Under the pieces are notes generated by a model. The model did no database searches, had not been told where the DNA came from, and saw only the letters and a program-made list of their open reading frames with translations. Below, one piece after another: positions 39,770 to 47,557 of a stretch of 64,000 bases of DNA; within the stretch, counting starts at the first letter, position 1; the number at the start of each line of letters is the position of its first letter. The stretch is taken from positions 148,347 through 212,346 of the forward strand of contig CAWDKY010000027.1 in NCBI GenBank assembly GCA_963802945.1, read 5' to 3'. The DNA is from an uncultured delta proteobacterium. Its GTDB lineage: Bacteria; Desulfobacterota; RBG-13-43-22. A program made the translations under genes and the position numbers.

Positions 39770-40036
39770 ATGATACCAATTGAATATGATATCATTGTCT
39801 TTAAGGAAGATCACACCTATGTGGCCTATTGTCCCGAACTCGACATTTCAAGCTGTGGTCAGGATGTTCAACAGGCCAAGGAAATGCTGAAGACAGCGGT
39901 CAGGCTTTTTGTAGAAGAAGCGGAAAAAATGGGGACCCTTGAAGACATCCTGGAAGAATCAAGATATAAGAAAGACCCTGCCGGACGATGGATACCTCCC
40001 AAGCTTGTAGCCACAGAATTGGTCAGCGCCTATTAA
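39770..40036 (+). CDS. HicB-like antitoxin
   Basis: YVAYCPELDISSCG..VQQAKEMLKTAVRLF; followed by a short ORF beginning MPKIIPTS (40038), possibly a truncated HicA. Confidence 0.8.
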   Translation: MIPIEYDIIVFKEDHTYVAYCPELDISSCGQDVQQAKEMLKTAVRLFVEEAEKMGTLEDILEESRYKKDPAGRWIPPKLVATELVSAY

Positions 40037-40744
40037 TATGCCCAAAATTATTCCGACTTCCTGTGGGGGCCTTGCACATAGTCTCGGCGGTTGGTCTCAG
40101 GTGGCTTCGTTGTCAAAATGAAAATATAATATGAAACATTATGACAAGGTATCCGATAAAAGTACTTTTTTACCGCATCAATGATTTTATCTTAATCCCT
40201 ATGAGCTTTGAGCCTTCATCTATGAGCTATCCACATTTGTGAAGTTAACATTTCCTTGCTTTTTGAATGAAGTTTTCCGGTCAAACAACCGGTTGAATGG
40301 ATAGCTGAGCAGACAATCAATTTTTTTTATAGTCAAAAATTTAGACTTTTTTAAAGGACATTCAGTTGAAATTAAATTGGAGAAAAGGTCAAAACCAGAC
40401 TTGGCCCCCCTTCCCTCAGTTTGGAGATGTTCAACCCTAAAAAGTGCTTCAAGTTTTGCCCATCATGAGAGAGGAATAGCATGCCCGAAGGATTACCCTA
40501 TTTCTGTATATTCTGAAAAATGACATGATATACAGAAATAGTAAAATTGACGAATAAAAAAGCTACCCCAAAATAATAGTTTATTTTTGGTGAGTTAAGT
40601 TGATTATGGTATAGTAAAGATAAACAGGCAATAAAAATCCTCATTGCCTATAGTCTTTAAGAACCCCTTAGGTTGGGGAGATATACAGAAAAACTTTAGA
40701 ATAACTTGTTGGCGCCGCTATACTCAAAGATTTAAGGAAACGAA

Positions 40745-41989
40745 ATGGCTAATAAGAAGCATCTCGAAATATTTATGAAAGGCGTCAAAGTATGGAACAA
40801 ATGGCGTAAAAGTAATCCTGAGGTGCGCCCAGACTTAAGCGGGGCTAATCTAACTAAGGCAGAGTTTAGGGATATTAAGCATAACATTTACGCCGACTTA
40901 CATAACACAGATTTGCCCAACGCTGATTTGTCTGGCGTTGATCTAATGCATTGCTATTTTCATGGTAGTGATTTGCGTGGTGTTAAGCTTAAAGGAGCAA
41001 GTCTCGTCCGAACAAATCTTACTAAATGCAATCTGAGTGGGGTAGATTTTACGGGCGCGGAAACACGCAAAGTATTTTTCAGTGAGTCTAACCTTACTTG
41101 CGCAAATCTCAGTGGAGCAAACCTACATCGAACATTCCTCGATAAAGCAGATCTTAGCGGGGCTAATTTGACTAATGTTAGTTTCTACTCGAGTCATGCT
41201 AAAGGAGCTAAATTCTTTGGGGCTAATATCCAGGGAATGGATATTAATGAGGACGATTTCAGTGACATATTTGCCCTTGCGGAGGCTGATGGACTTGATC
41301 AAGTAGCCCCTCAAGGTCGTTATGTTGTTATTGATTATATTAGTAGAGCTTTCGAAGAAATTTATAAAAAGCGACCAGAAGGGCCGTACGGGCCAGACGG
41401 TCAAGACTATTCTCTAGATCGCCTTGATCAGGTCTCAAAGAAATTAAAAATTCTTCATTCAATTTATAATAATAAAGAAGTCCCTCAACAACTTATAAAC
41501 GTTGTACAGGTTATTAGCGATGAATTAATCCTCTATCTACAAAAACATCCTTCCGCAATGTTTGAAATCAAGCCGAGACAATTTGAAGAACTGGTTGCTG
41601 AACTATTGGCCCACTTTGGATGGGAAGTTAATCTCACTCCAGCTACAAAAGATGGCGGTTACGACATATTTGCTATCTCTAAAGATATATCTGGCTTGCA
41701 AACTTCTTGGATTATCGAATGTAAAAAGTACAAGCCGGAGTTGAAAGTGGGTGTCGATATCGCTCGGGCCCTCTATGCAGTAAAAGGTGACTATCGTGTA
41801 GCAAATGCAATGCTTGCTACTACTTCTCATTTTTCAGCAGGAGTACACGCTTTTAAGTCTTCGCGCTATGACTTTGAACTTCGTGACTACGAAGCCATTC
41901 TCTCTTGGATAAATGAGTACCATCCCCGCCCGGAAAGTAAGATTTATGTAAAAGAGAACAGATTAATAACGCCCGATAGCAAAGACTGA
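40745..41989 (+). CDS. Pentapeptide-repeat + Mrr-like restriction endonuclease protein
   Basis: GVKVWNKWR..PDLSGANL and ADLSG/ANLSG repeats; C-terminal PRQFEELVAELL..DGGYDI..IIECKKY (PD-(D/E)xK). Confidence 0.85.
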   Translation: MANKKHLEIFMKGVKVWNKWRKSNPEVRPDLSGANLTKAEFRDIKHNIYADLHNTDLPNADLSGVDLMHCYFHGSDLRGVKLKGASLVRTNLTKCNLSGVDFTGAETRKVFFSESNLTCANLSGANLHRTFLDKADLSGANLTNVSFYSSHAKGAKFFGANIQGMDINEDDFSDIFALAEADGLDQVAPQGRYVVIDYISRAFEEIYKKRPEGPYGPDGQDYSLDRLDQVSKKLKILHSIYNNKEVPQQLINVVQVISDELILYLQKHPSAMFEIKPRQFEELVAELLAHFGWEVNLTPATKDGGYDIFAISKDISGLQTSWIIECKKYKPELKVGVDIARALYAVKGDYRVANAMLATTSHFSAGVHAFKSSRYDFELRDYEAILSWINEYHPRPESKIYVKENRLITPDSKD

Positions 41990-42305
41990 TTTGTAGAAGT
42001 TTCTTCACTATGCCCCGGCTTCACGGTCCAACCCTTATAAGGGGATCATTGGGGGGGTGAAGTATTGACATTTAGCAGAGAATAGGCAAAAATCATGGGG
42101 TCACCCATTAAAAAGCCACTGTCAAGAGGAAAAGGATCTCCGTATGCAAGAATGAGCAATTTTTTTCTTGCAGTGAAAAGACGTGATAGAACCGCCCGTA
42201 GGTTTTCAACGTCTTTACCCTTGCTGAAATTTCAAAGGTTGATGTGTCAGCAAGTATTTCACTGCACCAGTCACCCATCAGGATCAAGGTCATTGCGCAC
42301 GAATT

Positions 42306-42361
42306 CGGGGGACACAATACCAATTATCAATTATTTTTTTAAAAATTAGTATTGTGTCCCT
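42306..42361. repeat. REP-like palindrome
   Basis: GGGACACAATAC ... GTATTGTGTCCC 12-bp inverted repeat with AT-rich spacer. Confidence 0.6.
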
Positions 42362-42590
42362 GGATTCCGCACCAGAATTGAGTAAAACGGTAATTGAAGG
42401 TTTCCCAAGTTTGCGTCTCGATCAGTTAACAACCGACTTTCAGAAAAAACTTTTTTGGCCGAGAAATCGGATTTTGCATTTAGCTGATTCGTCATTCAAA
42501 TATGAAGATGCACTTCGTTGTTCCAATATTTCAACATTAGGAATCAAAATTCTTGAAGACATGGATACAGCCAAGCGCAATACTGGCTAA
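42362..42590 (+). pseudogene. 5'-truncated cassette gene with Rx4H (HEPN-like) motif
   Basis: ..LFWPRNRILHL..KRNTG-stop; stop TAA lies inside the attC R'' box GGCTAAC. Confidence 0.45.
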
Positions 42591-42681
42591 CCATCAGATC
42601 AAGCCGATCATCCCCTCAGCACTCGCCGTCCTACGGCGGCTCGTGGCTTTGGGTCTGTCGGCTTATCCTCATCCGTTGGAT
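42585..42681 (+). repeat. attC site 1 (intact)
   Basis: R'' GGCTAAC, L'' ATCAAGCCGA vs L' TCGGCTTAT (extra base typical of attC), central hairpin, R' GTTGGAT. Confidence 0.85.
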
Positions 42682-42686
42682 GACAA

Positions 42687-43244
42687 GTGACAAGAGAAAT
42701 GAAGGACTATACATCTAGACCAATTGATCGTTTCGCCTTTCGGTTCAAGAATTACACTTATCGTCCTATTCGTTTATGCCTGGAGGATGGGCAAGGCCTA
42801 GCTGCGACGATCCTTCTGTGTTGCGCGATTGACTTGCTTGCAAAATTCAGCTCTGGCAACCCGAAGAACTCCGGAAATCGTCTAAAGTACGTCGCCTTCC
42901 TCAAACAGTATTTTCCGTCGGCTTATGATCCCGATACCTTTTACGAATTCGTGCGGTGCGGGCTTGTTCATAGCTACTCTATGGAAGACCAATACACAAT
43001 CCTCTGCCGAGACGAACCGTGGGCGTGTCAGGTTCACCTACGTAATGATACGAAAACGGGGAAGATGGTAATAAACCCTTTCCAAATCCTCGCGGATCTT
43101 CAAAGGGCAGTCCGGCACTATGTCGAAGATGTCAAGGCCAGTGAAGTTAAAGCCGAGGCGTTTCTCCGTGTACACAAGACAATTCCTTTGAGACAGCAGG
43201 TATCGAGATGGAAGAAGCTCAAATATCTTGCAGTTGATAAATGA
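42687..43244 (+). CDS. Cassette gene: HEPN-like protein
   Basis: ATILLCCAIDLLA...YEFVRCGLVHSY (Rx4H); bounded by attC sites. Confidence 0.6.
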   Translation: MTREMKDYTSRPIDRFAFRFKNYTYRPIRLCLEDGQGLAATILLCCAIDLLAKFSSGNPKNSGNRLKYVAFLKQYFPSAYDPDTFYEFVRCGLVHSYSMEDQYTILCRDEPWACQVHLRNDTKTGKMVINPFQILADLQRAVRHYVEDVKASEVKAEAFLRVHKTIPLRQQVSRWKKLKYLAVDK

Positions 43245-43249
43245 AGATC

Positions 43250-43309
43250 ATCCAACGAGGCGGTGCACCGGATCGCCGAAAAAACCGGCTCCCGGTGACC
43301 TCGTTGCCG
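43250..43309 (+). repeat. attC site 2 (R' apparently eroded)
   Basis: R'' ATCCAAC complements the preceding R' GTTGGAT; GTGCACCGG/CCGGTGA L boxes; vs attC-4 lacks ~4 nt (GTTA) at R'. Confidence 0.75.
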
Positions 43310-43336
43310 TGCAAGGAAATATCAGGGAGGTCTGAT

Positions 43337-44116
43337 ATGGAAAGAGATTTCAGCTTCTACGATGATGTGACGGGTTTCGAGCGATATCTCAATCTTCCAC
43401 CGGGATCCCTGCGAAACATACCAATTTACGCGCGCAAACCAGCAATTGACGCCATAATGAAAGTGCGAGAAATGGAGAAAGCTAGCCTCTTCCGTCCAGG
43501 TCTCTACTACATTGTACTTGCGGACCTCTGCGCCAACACTGCGTTTAACGCAAAATACGGTGATGCCGAGGGTGACGTGAGGATTGAGTGGTTTCAGACG
43601 GCGGCCATTCAGTCTATAGGCGAAATCGAAGTCCGAAACTACGTCGCGTTTAGCAAAACCATAGGAGATGCCGCATTGCTCATCTTCTCCTCGTTCAAAG
43701 ATGTCTGGGAATGGTCGGAGACATTCTCCAGCAATCTTGAAGCGATGACCACGGAATACCCAGAAAACTTGGAGATTCGCAATGTCAAGTACGATGGAGA
43801 CCAACTGGGCCAACTCCTGGAAGACTTCAAGCTTTGTGCTCGGAGACTGGTTCACTTGGGAGAGGTCTCATATAAAGAACATGCTGACCCGCTATCCTTG
43901 GCAGTAAGCCAGACATTCAAGATCGAAAAGAGTTTCTCCGAGACTGATTTGGGTTGTACCCAGGCCGTCGCAGACGCCATCCATGCAAAGCTGCCCGAGC
44001 TGAGTTTGGACCTGCATGAGAACAAGAAGGTGAGGATTCCAGGCGTTGGCGATGAGGTCATGACCTACTATGTGCGGAAACGTCAATTTGTGAGTCCAAA
44101 ACGGAAAGGCGGCTAA
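43337..44116 (+). CDS. Cassette gene: divergent class III nucleotide cyclase-like protein
   Basis: GGAGG RBS then ATG 43337; IVLADLCANT and FSKTIGDAALLIF acidic motifs, RLVHLGEV; stop inside attC R''. Confidence 0.65.
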   Translation: MERDFSFYDDVTGFERYLNLPPGSLRNIPIYARKPAIDAIMKVREMEKASLFRPGLYYIVLADLCANTAFNAKYGDAEGDVRIEWFQTAAIQSIGEIEVRNYVAFSKTIGDAALLIFSSFKDVWEWSETFSSNLEAMTTEYPENLEIRNVKYDGDQLGQLLEDFKLCARRLVHLGEVSYKEHADPLSLAVSQTFKIEKSFSETDLGCTQAVADAIHAKLPELSLDLHENKKVRIPGVGDEVMTYYVRKRQFVSPKRKGG

Positions 44117-44168
44117 CAAGTGCGTCCACCCGATCGCCGATAAATCCGGCTTCCGGTGAGCTTTGGAT
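44111..44168 (+). repeat. attC site 3 (degenerate R')
   Basis: R'' GGCTAAC, TCCACCCGA/TCCGGTGA L boxes, loop similar to attC-2; R' reads TTTGGAT with shortened spacer. Confidence 0.7.
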
Positions 44169-44176
44169 GAAAGGAG

Positions 44177-45004
44177 GTGGTTCCTATTAACGGGCAACAA
44201 ATAGCATCGGCACTGATAGCTGTGATTGGGATCATAGGAGCCTTTGCTTCAGTTTCTCAAATCTCAGATGCCACGGCAAGGGGGGTAGTAACCGCCGTCT
44301 GCATCACGATTACGGTTGCAGCCATCTATCTCTTTGTCTCAACCTATGTTAATATCTTAAATTCGATTCACAACCTAAGAGTTCTTAAGAGCCTACGCAT
44401 TAAGAGGCTGTTCACTAATGGCACCGATGCAACGCACTCCATGAGAGCAGCAATAAGGGGTTCCAAATCTGTGAGCATAATGGCGGTTTCGGCTGAAAGC
44501 CTGATCAAGTCACTAAAGGACGAGATCATATATGCATTGAGGGAGAACTCCGTCAACATTAGAGTTTTGCTGGCTACCCCCCACTCGCAATTCGTCTCTG
44601 ATGTCGAAGAGACAGAATCTATTGAGCGAATCGGTCATATTACACCGGAAATAACAAAGGTCGAGTCACTGCTGAAAGAATACCTCAGTGATGCAAAGGC
44701 AAACGCCAATGCCAATACGGTGGTAGGTCAGATTTGGCTTGGCAATTATAGTACACATCTACGCAGTTCCATGGTTCTGTGCGACAATTTCTGGGGGTGG
44801 TTCACGTTGAATCTCCCGCCTAGGAGGGCGGTACAAAGCCCATCTTTTGAGCTTGAATATGGCGAGGGCAGCCTCTTCAAAATATGTTCGCAGCACTTTG
44901 ACAGAGTCTGGGAGCTAATGAAATCATCGGACAAAACCAATGAGATCACCATCCAACGAGGCAGTGCAGCCAATCGGCAGGAAAAGGCGCCCGCCTCTGG
45001 CTGA
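44177..45004 (+). CDS. Cassette gene: two N-terminal TM helices + PLD-like (DUF5919-like) domain
   Basis: Two hydrophobic helices; SVSIMAVS..IRVLLATP.S..MVLCD..SPSFEL..FDRVWE pattern; AGGAGG RBS, GTG start. Confidence 0.55.
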   Translation: MVPINGQQIASALIAVIGIIGAFASVSQISDATARGVVTAVCITITVAAIYLFVSTYVNILNSIHNLRVLKSLRIKRLFTNGTDATHSMRAAIRGSKSVSIMAVSAESLIKSLKDEIIYALRENSVNIRVLLATPHSQFVSDVEETESIERIGHITPEITKVESLLKEYLSDAKANANANTVVGQIWLGNYSTHLRSSMVLCDNFWGWFTLNLPPRRAVQSPSFELEYGEGSLFKICSQHFDRVWELMKSSDKTNEITIQRGSAANRQEKAPASG

Positions 45005-45018
45005 CCTCGTTGTTAGGC
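44951..45018 (+). repeat. attC site 4 (intact)
   Basis: R'' ATCCAAC, TGCAGCCA/TGGCTGA L boxes, R' GTTAGGC; next cassette ends in complementary GCCTAAC. Confidence 0.85.
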
Positions 45019-45071
45019 CGCCTATACATCAGTATTCAAAGAACTACAAATTAAATAAGGAAGGAGTCAAT

Positions 45072-45668
45072 ATGAGCATAAGTACACTTGCAAACGCCGC
45101 CGTAGCAAGGCGTATGGACTTTTTGCCACTCGGTGGTGTCCCTCAGGGACTTACAGAAATCGCCGCTGCAGCTACCGCTACACCCATTGCAATAGTTCCA
45201 CCTCCATTGTTGCTTCGTGTACAGCCACAGCAGACTCAACCGCAACCTTCACTTCCTGCGAACACGGTTAATACTGCACTTCACGTTATCTTTGGCTACA
45301 TACCCACCGAAGTGTTGACATTATATGTAGCTATTCTCGCAGCGCTTCACCAACCAAACAAACTAACTTCCGGAGTATGGCTGACGTTTTGGGTTTTTCT
45401 GATCGCTACACCCGTTGTGGTATGGCTCGTATATGCAGCCAAGGTCAAGGCAGCCCAGAAACCAGTGCCCATTGCATTTTCACAATGGCCACTTTGGGAA
45501 ATGCTGGCAGGCGCCGTAGCATACTTCGCTTGGGCGTTCGCACTTCCCGAGACTCCGTTTAGTGAATTCGCTTGGTATTCGTCATCTCTTGCTGGAATTA
45601 TCGTCCTTGTGGCCTCTACATTTCTGGGCTTGTTAGCACCATTTTTCCAGAATCCAATAATTCAGTAA
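45072..45668 (+). CDS. Cassette gene: ~4-TM membrane protein of unknown function
   Basis: AAGGAG RBS, ATG 45072; YIPTEVLTLY followed by hydrophobic helices. Confidence 0.65.
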   Translation: MSISTLANAAVARRMDFLPLGGVPQGLTEIAAAATATPIAIVPPPLLLRVQPQQTQPQPSLPANTVNTALHVIFGYIPTEVLTLYVAILAALHQPNKLTSGVWLTFWVFLIATPVVVWLVYAAKVKAAQKPVPIAFSQWPLWEMLAGAVAYFAWAFALPETPFSEFAWYSSSLAGIIVLVASTFLGLLAPFFQNPIIQ

Positions 45669-45678
45669 TCCGACGGCG

Positions 45679-45823
45679 GCCTAACCAGCGACTCAAGCTG
45701 ACGAAAAGAGCGTGGTACGAAATTCCGCGTGTTGAAGTTTATGAACAAAAGAACTAATACTGGTGTGCGCACGATGGTATCGGCCCCGCAAGCTGCGTGC
45801 CACGGCTCAACGCCGCATTGGGT
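45679..45823 (+). repeat. attC site 5 (long, right half degenerate)
   Basis: R'' GCCTAAC + CAGCGACTCAAGCTGAC L''; possible R' ATTGGGT. Confidence 0.55.
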
Positions 45824-45866
45824 CTCATGATTGTGAAGACTTTATTTTTTTCTTAAACAATCTGCC

Positions 45867-46592
45867 ATGAATAAAGAACTAAAAATACCGCAGCAATGGG
45901 GGAAAGACCCTCTTTCTCAATTTATTGATGATGCTTGCCATAATACCTATGCGACGTTTGCGAACCTTAAGCCTGAATTCACGAGGCTAAAAGCGATCCA
46001 TAGTACCTTCCAAAGAATGGTCGAAAATTTACTGAACACCCCCGACTGGTTTGCTGGATTCTTCTTAATGCGAGCCCATTCAGCATATTTAGCTGGCGCC
46101 CGACTTTCTTTGAGTGGTCAGGTTACTGAGGCATATATGGTGCTCCGTGGTTGTCTTGAAAACAGCCTCTATGGTTTACATTTTTCTAACTATCCTGATA
46201 CTCGTGAGGTTTGGTTGCGCCGTAATGATGATGAAGATAGCAAAAGGCGATGTAAAAATGAATTCACATCTGGAAACGTCCTTAAAACCCTTGAATCCAG
46301 AGATACGAAACTTCACAAAATTGCAAAGAAATTATATGAAACTACTATCGATTGCGGTGCCCATCCTAATGAACTTGGGTTACTTTCGATGATGAGAAAG
46401 GCTTTGGATGAACATAAAATTGATTTTATGGTTGATTATCTTACCGGAGACTCACCGCCCTTACGTCTTGGATTGAAAATGACAGCAAGAGTTGGCGTTT
46501 GCTCACTATTTATTTTTAAGATAGTCTTTAAAGAACGATTTGACATACTGGGAATATCCAAGGAATTAGAGAAATTGAAGCAAGGGCTGTAA
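45867..46592 (+). CDS. Cassette gene: helical DUF5677/HEPN-like protein
   Basis: AYMVLRGCLE...LYETTIDCGAHPN pattern; bounded by attC-like sites. Confidence 0.55.
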   Translation: MNKELKIPQQWGKDPLSQFIDDACHNTYATFANLKPEFTRLKAIHSTFQRMVENLLNTPDWFAGFFLMRAHSAYLAGARLSLSGQVTEAYMVLRGCLENSLYGLHFSNYPDTREVWLRRNDDEDSKRRCKNEFTSGNVLKTLESRDTKLHKIAKKLYETTIDCGAHPNELGLLSMMRKALDEHKIDFMVDYLTGDSPPLRLGLKMTARVGVCSLFIFKIVFKERFDILGISKELEKLKQGL

Positions 46593-46602
46593 GTTGGAGA
46601 GG

Positions 46603-46673
46603 ACATAACCAAAAAGTTTTCCAGACAGATTTTAAGCTATGTTTCGCATCTTCCGGTGACTTTATCGTTAGAC
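46603..46673 (+). repeat. attC site 6 (degenerate)
   Basis: ACATAAC ... CTTCCGGTGACTTTATC-GTTAGAC; right half resembles attC-2/3. Confidence 0.5.
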
Positions 46674-46828
46674 CCATGAGATTGAAAAAGATAACAGGGT
46701 CAATTTTTCATTCTTTATAATTCGCTATTCTAAAAAAATGGGTCCTATGAAAAATAGGAGCCATCAAAATATCTAGAATAAAGTTTTGACAACAATGACA
46801 GAGCAATTCCCATTTGTGAGGAGCCTTC

Positions 46829-47197
46829 ATGAATAAAACCATAAAGATTATCATCGGACAGACAACATTGCAGGGTGAGCTTTTCGATTCCCCTTGCGCT
46901 CAGGCCGTTTTCTCCTGCCTTCCTATCGAAACCCGGCCCAACACCTGGGGTGATGAATTTTATTTTGAAATCCCCGTTAAGATGCCCCTTGACGAATCGG
47001 CGACTAAAAAAGTAAAAGTGGGGGATATCGGTTATTGGCCGCCGGGTCAGGCCCTGGCTATATTCTTCGGCCCTACTCCCATGAGCACCGGTTCCGATCC
47101 TGTTCCCGCCAGCGAGGTCAATCTCGTAGGCAGGATTCTTGATGACCCGGTTCTTTTAAAAAAGGAAAAAGGTACTCTGAAGATAACAATCGAATAA
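46829..47197 (+). CDS. Cyclophilin-like fold protein (DUF369/TM1367-like)
   Basis: LPI..NTWGDEFYF, VGDIGYWPPG.ALAIFFGPTP, PASEVN.VG. Confidence 0.85.
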   Translation: MNKTIKIIIGQTTLQGELFDSPCAQAVFSCLPIETRPNTWGDEFYFEIPVKMPLDESATKKVKVGDIGYWPPGQALAIFFGPTPMSTGSDPVPASEVNLVGRILDDPVLLKKEKGTLKITIE

Positions 47198-47291
47198 TAG
47201 AAGAAAGGGGAGGAAAAGGAATCAAATCTATTTAGTTTTTATGCTAAGAGATAATGACTTTGTTTCGTTCAAAGCAAAGTCAAGGTCAATC

Positions 47292-47555
47292 CTACCCGCC
47301 TTCCATGGCTGGTAGGAAATGGACTTCGCTGTCTTCCTTTAGCGGCGTATACAACCCCATTCTGCTCCCTTCGCCGTCCACCACCACAGTAAAAGAGGGG
47401 CTGAGGTCTTTCCCTTCACAGAGGCGGTCCCAAACACCGGGATAAACGGCATCGAGATGGGCCAAGGCCTGCCTCACATTTTTTCCGGAGACACGGATCC
47501 TGTCCTTCCCTTTAGTTAAGTCGCGCAGGTCTGGAGGAATCCAGAGAACCGGCAT
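47292..47555 (-). CDS. MoaD/ThiS family sulfur-carrier protein
   Basis: 87 aa ubiquitin-like, C-terminal PAMEGG; ends a molybdoenzyme operon. Confidence 0.88.
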   Translation of the reverse strand: MPVLWIPPDLRDLTKGKDRIRVSGKNVRQALAHLDAVYPGVWDRLCEGKDLSPSFTVVVDGEGSRMGLYTPLKEDSEVHFLPAMEGG

Positions 47556-47557
47556 GG

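Noticed and set aside
40060-42340. Integron integrase gene
   Set aside because: No tyrosine-recombinase motifs seen in the listed ORFs or by eye.
43241-43336. N-terminal extension of the 291-aa ORF (likewise the 44940 start of the 242-aa ORF)
   Set aside because: These extensions translate through attC sites; RBS-backed ATGs at 43337 and 45072 are more plausible.
42585-46673. CRISPR array
   Set aside because: Repeats are non-identical palindromes separated by whole genes, with RYYYAAC/GTTRRRY ends; no cas genes.
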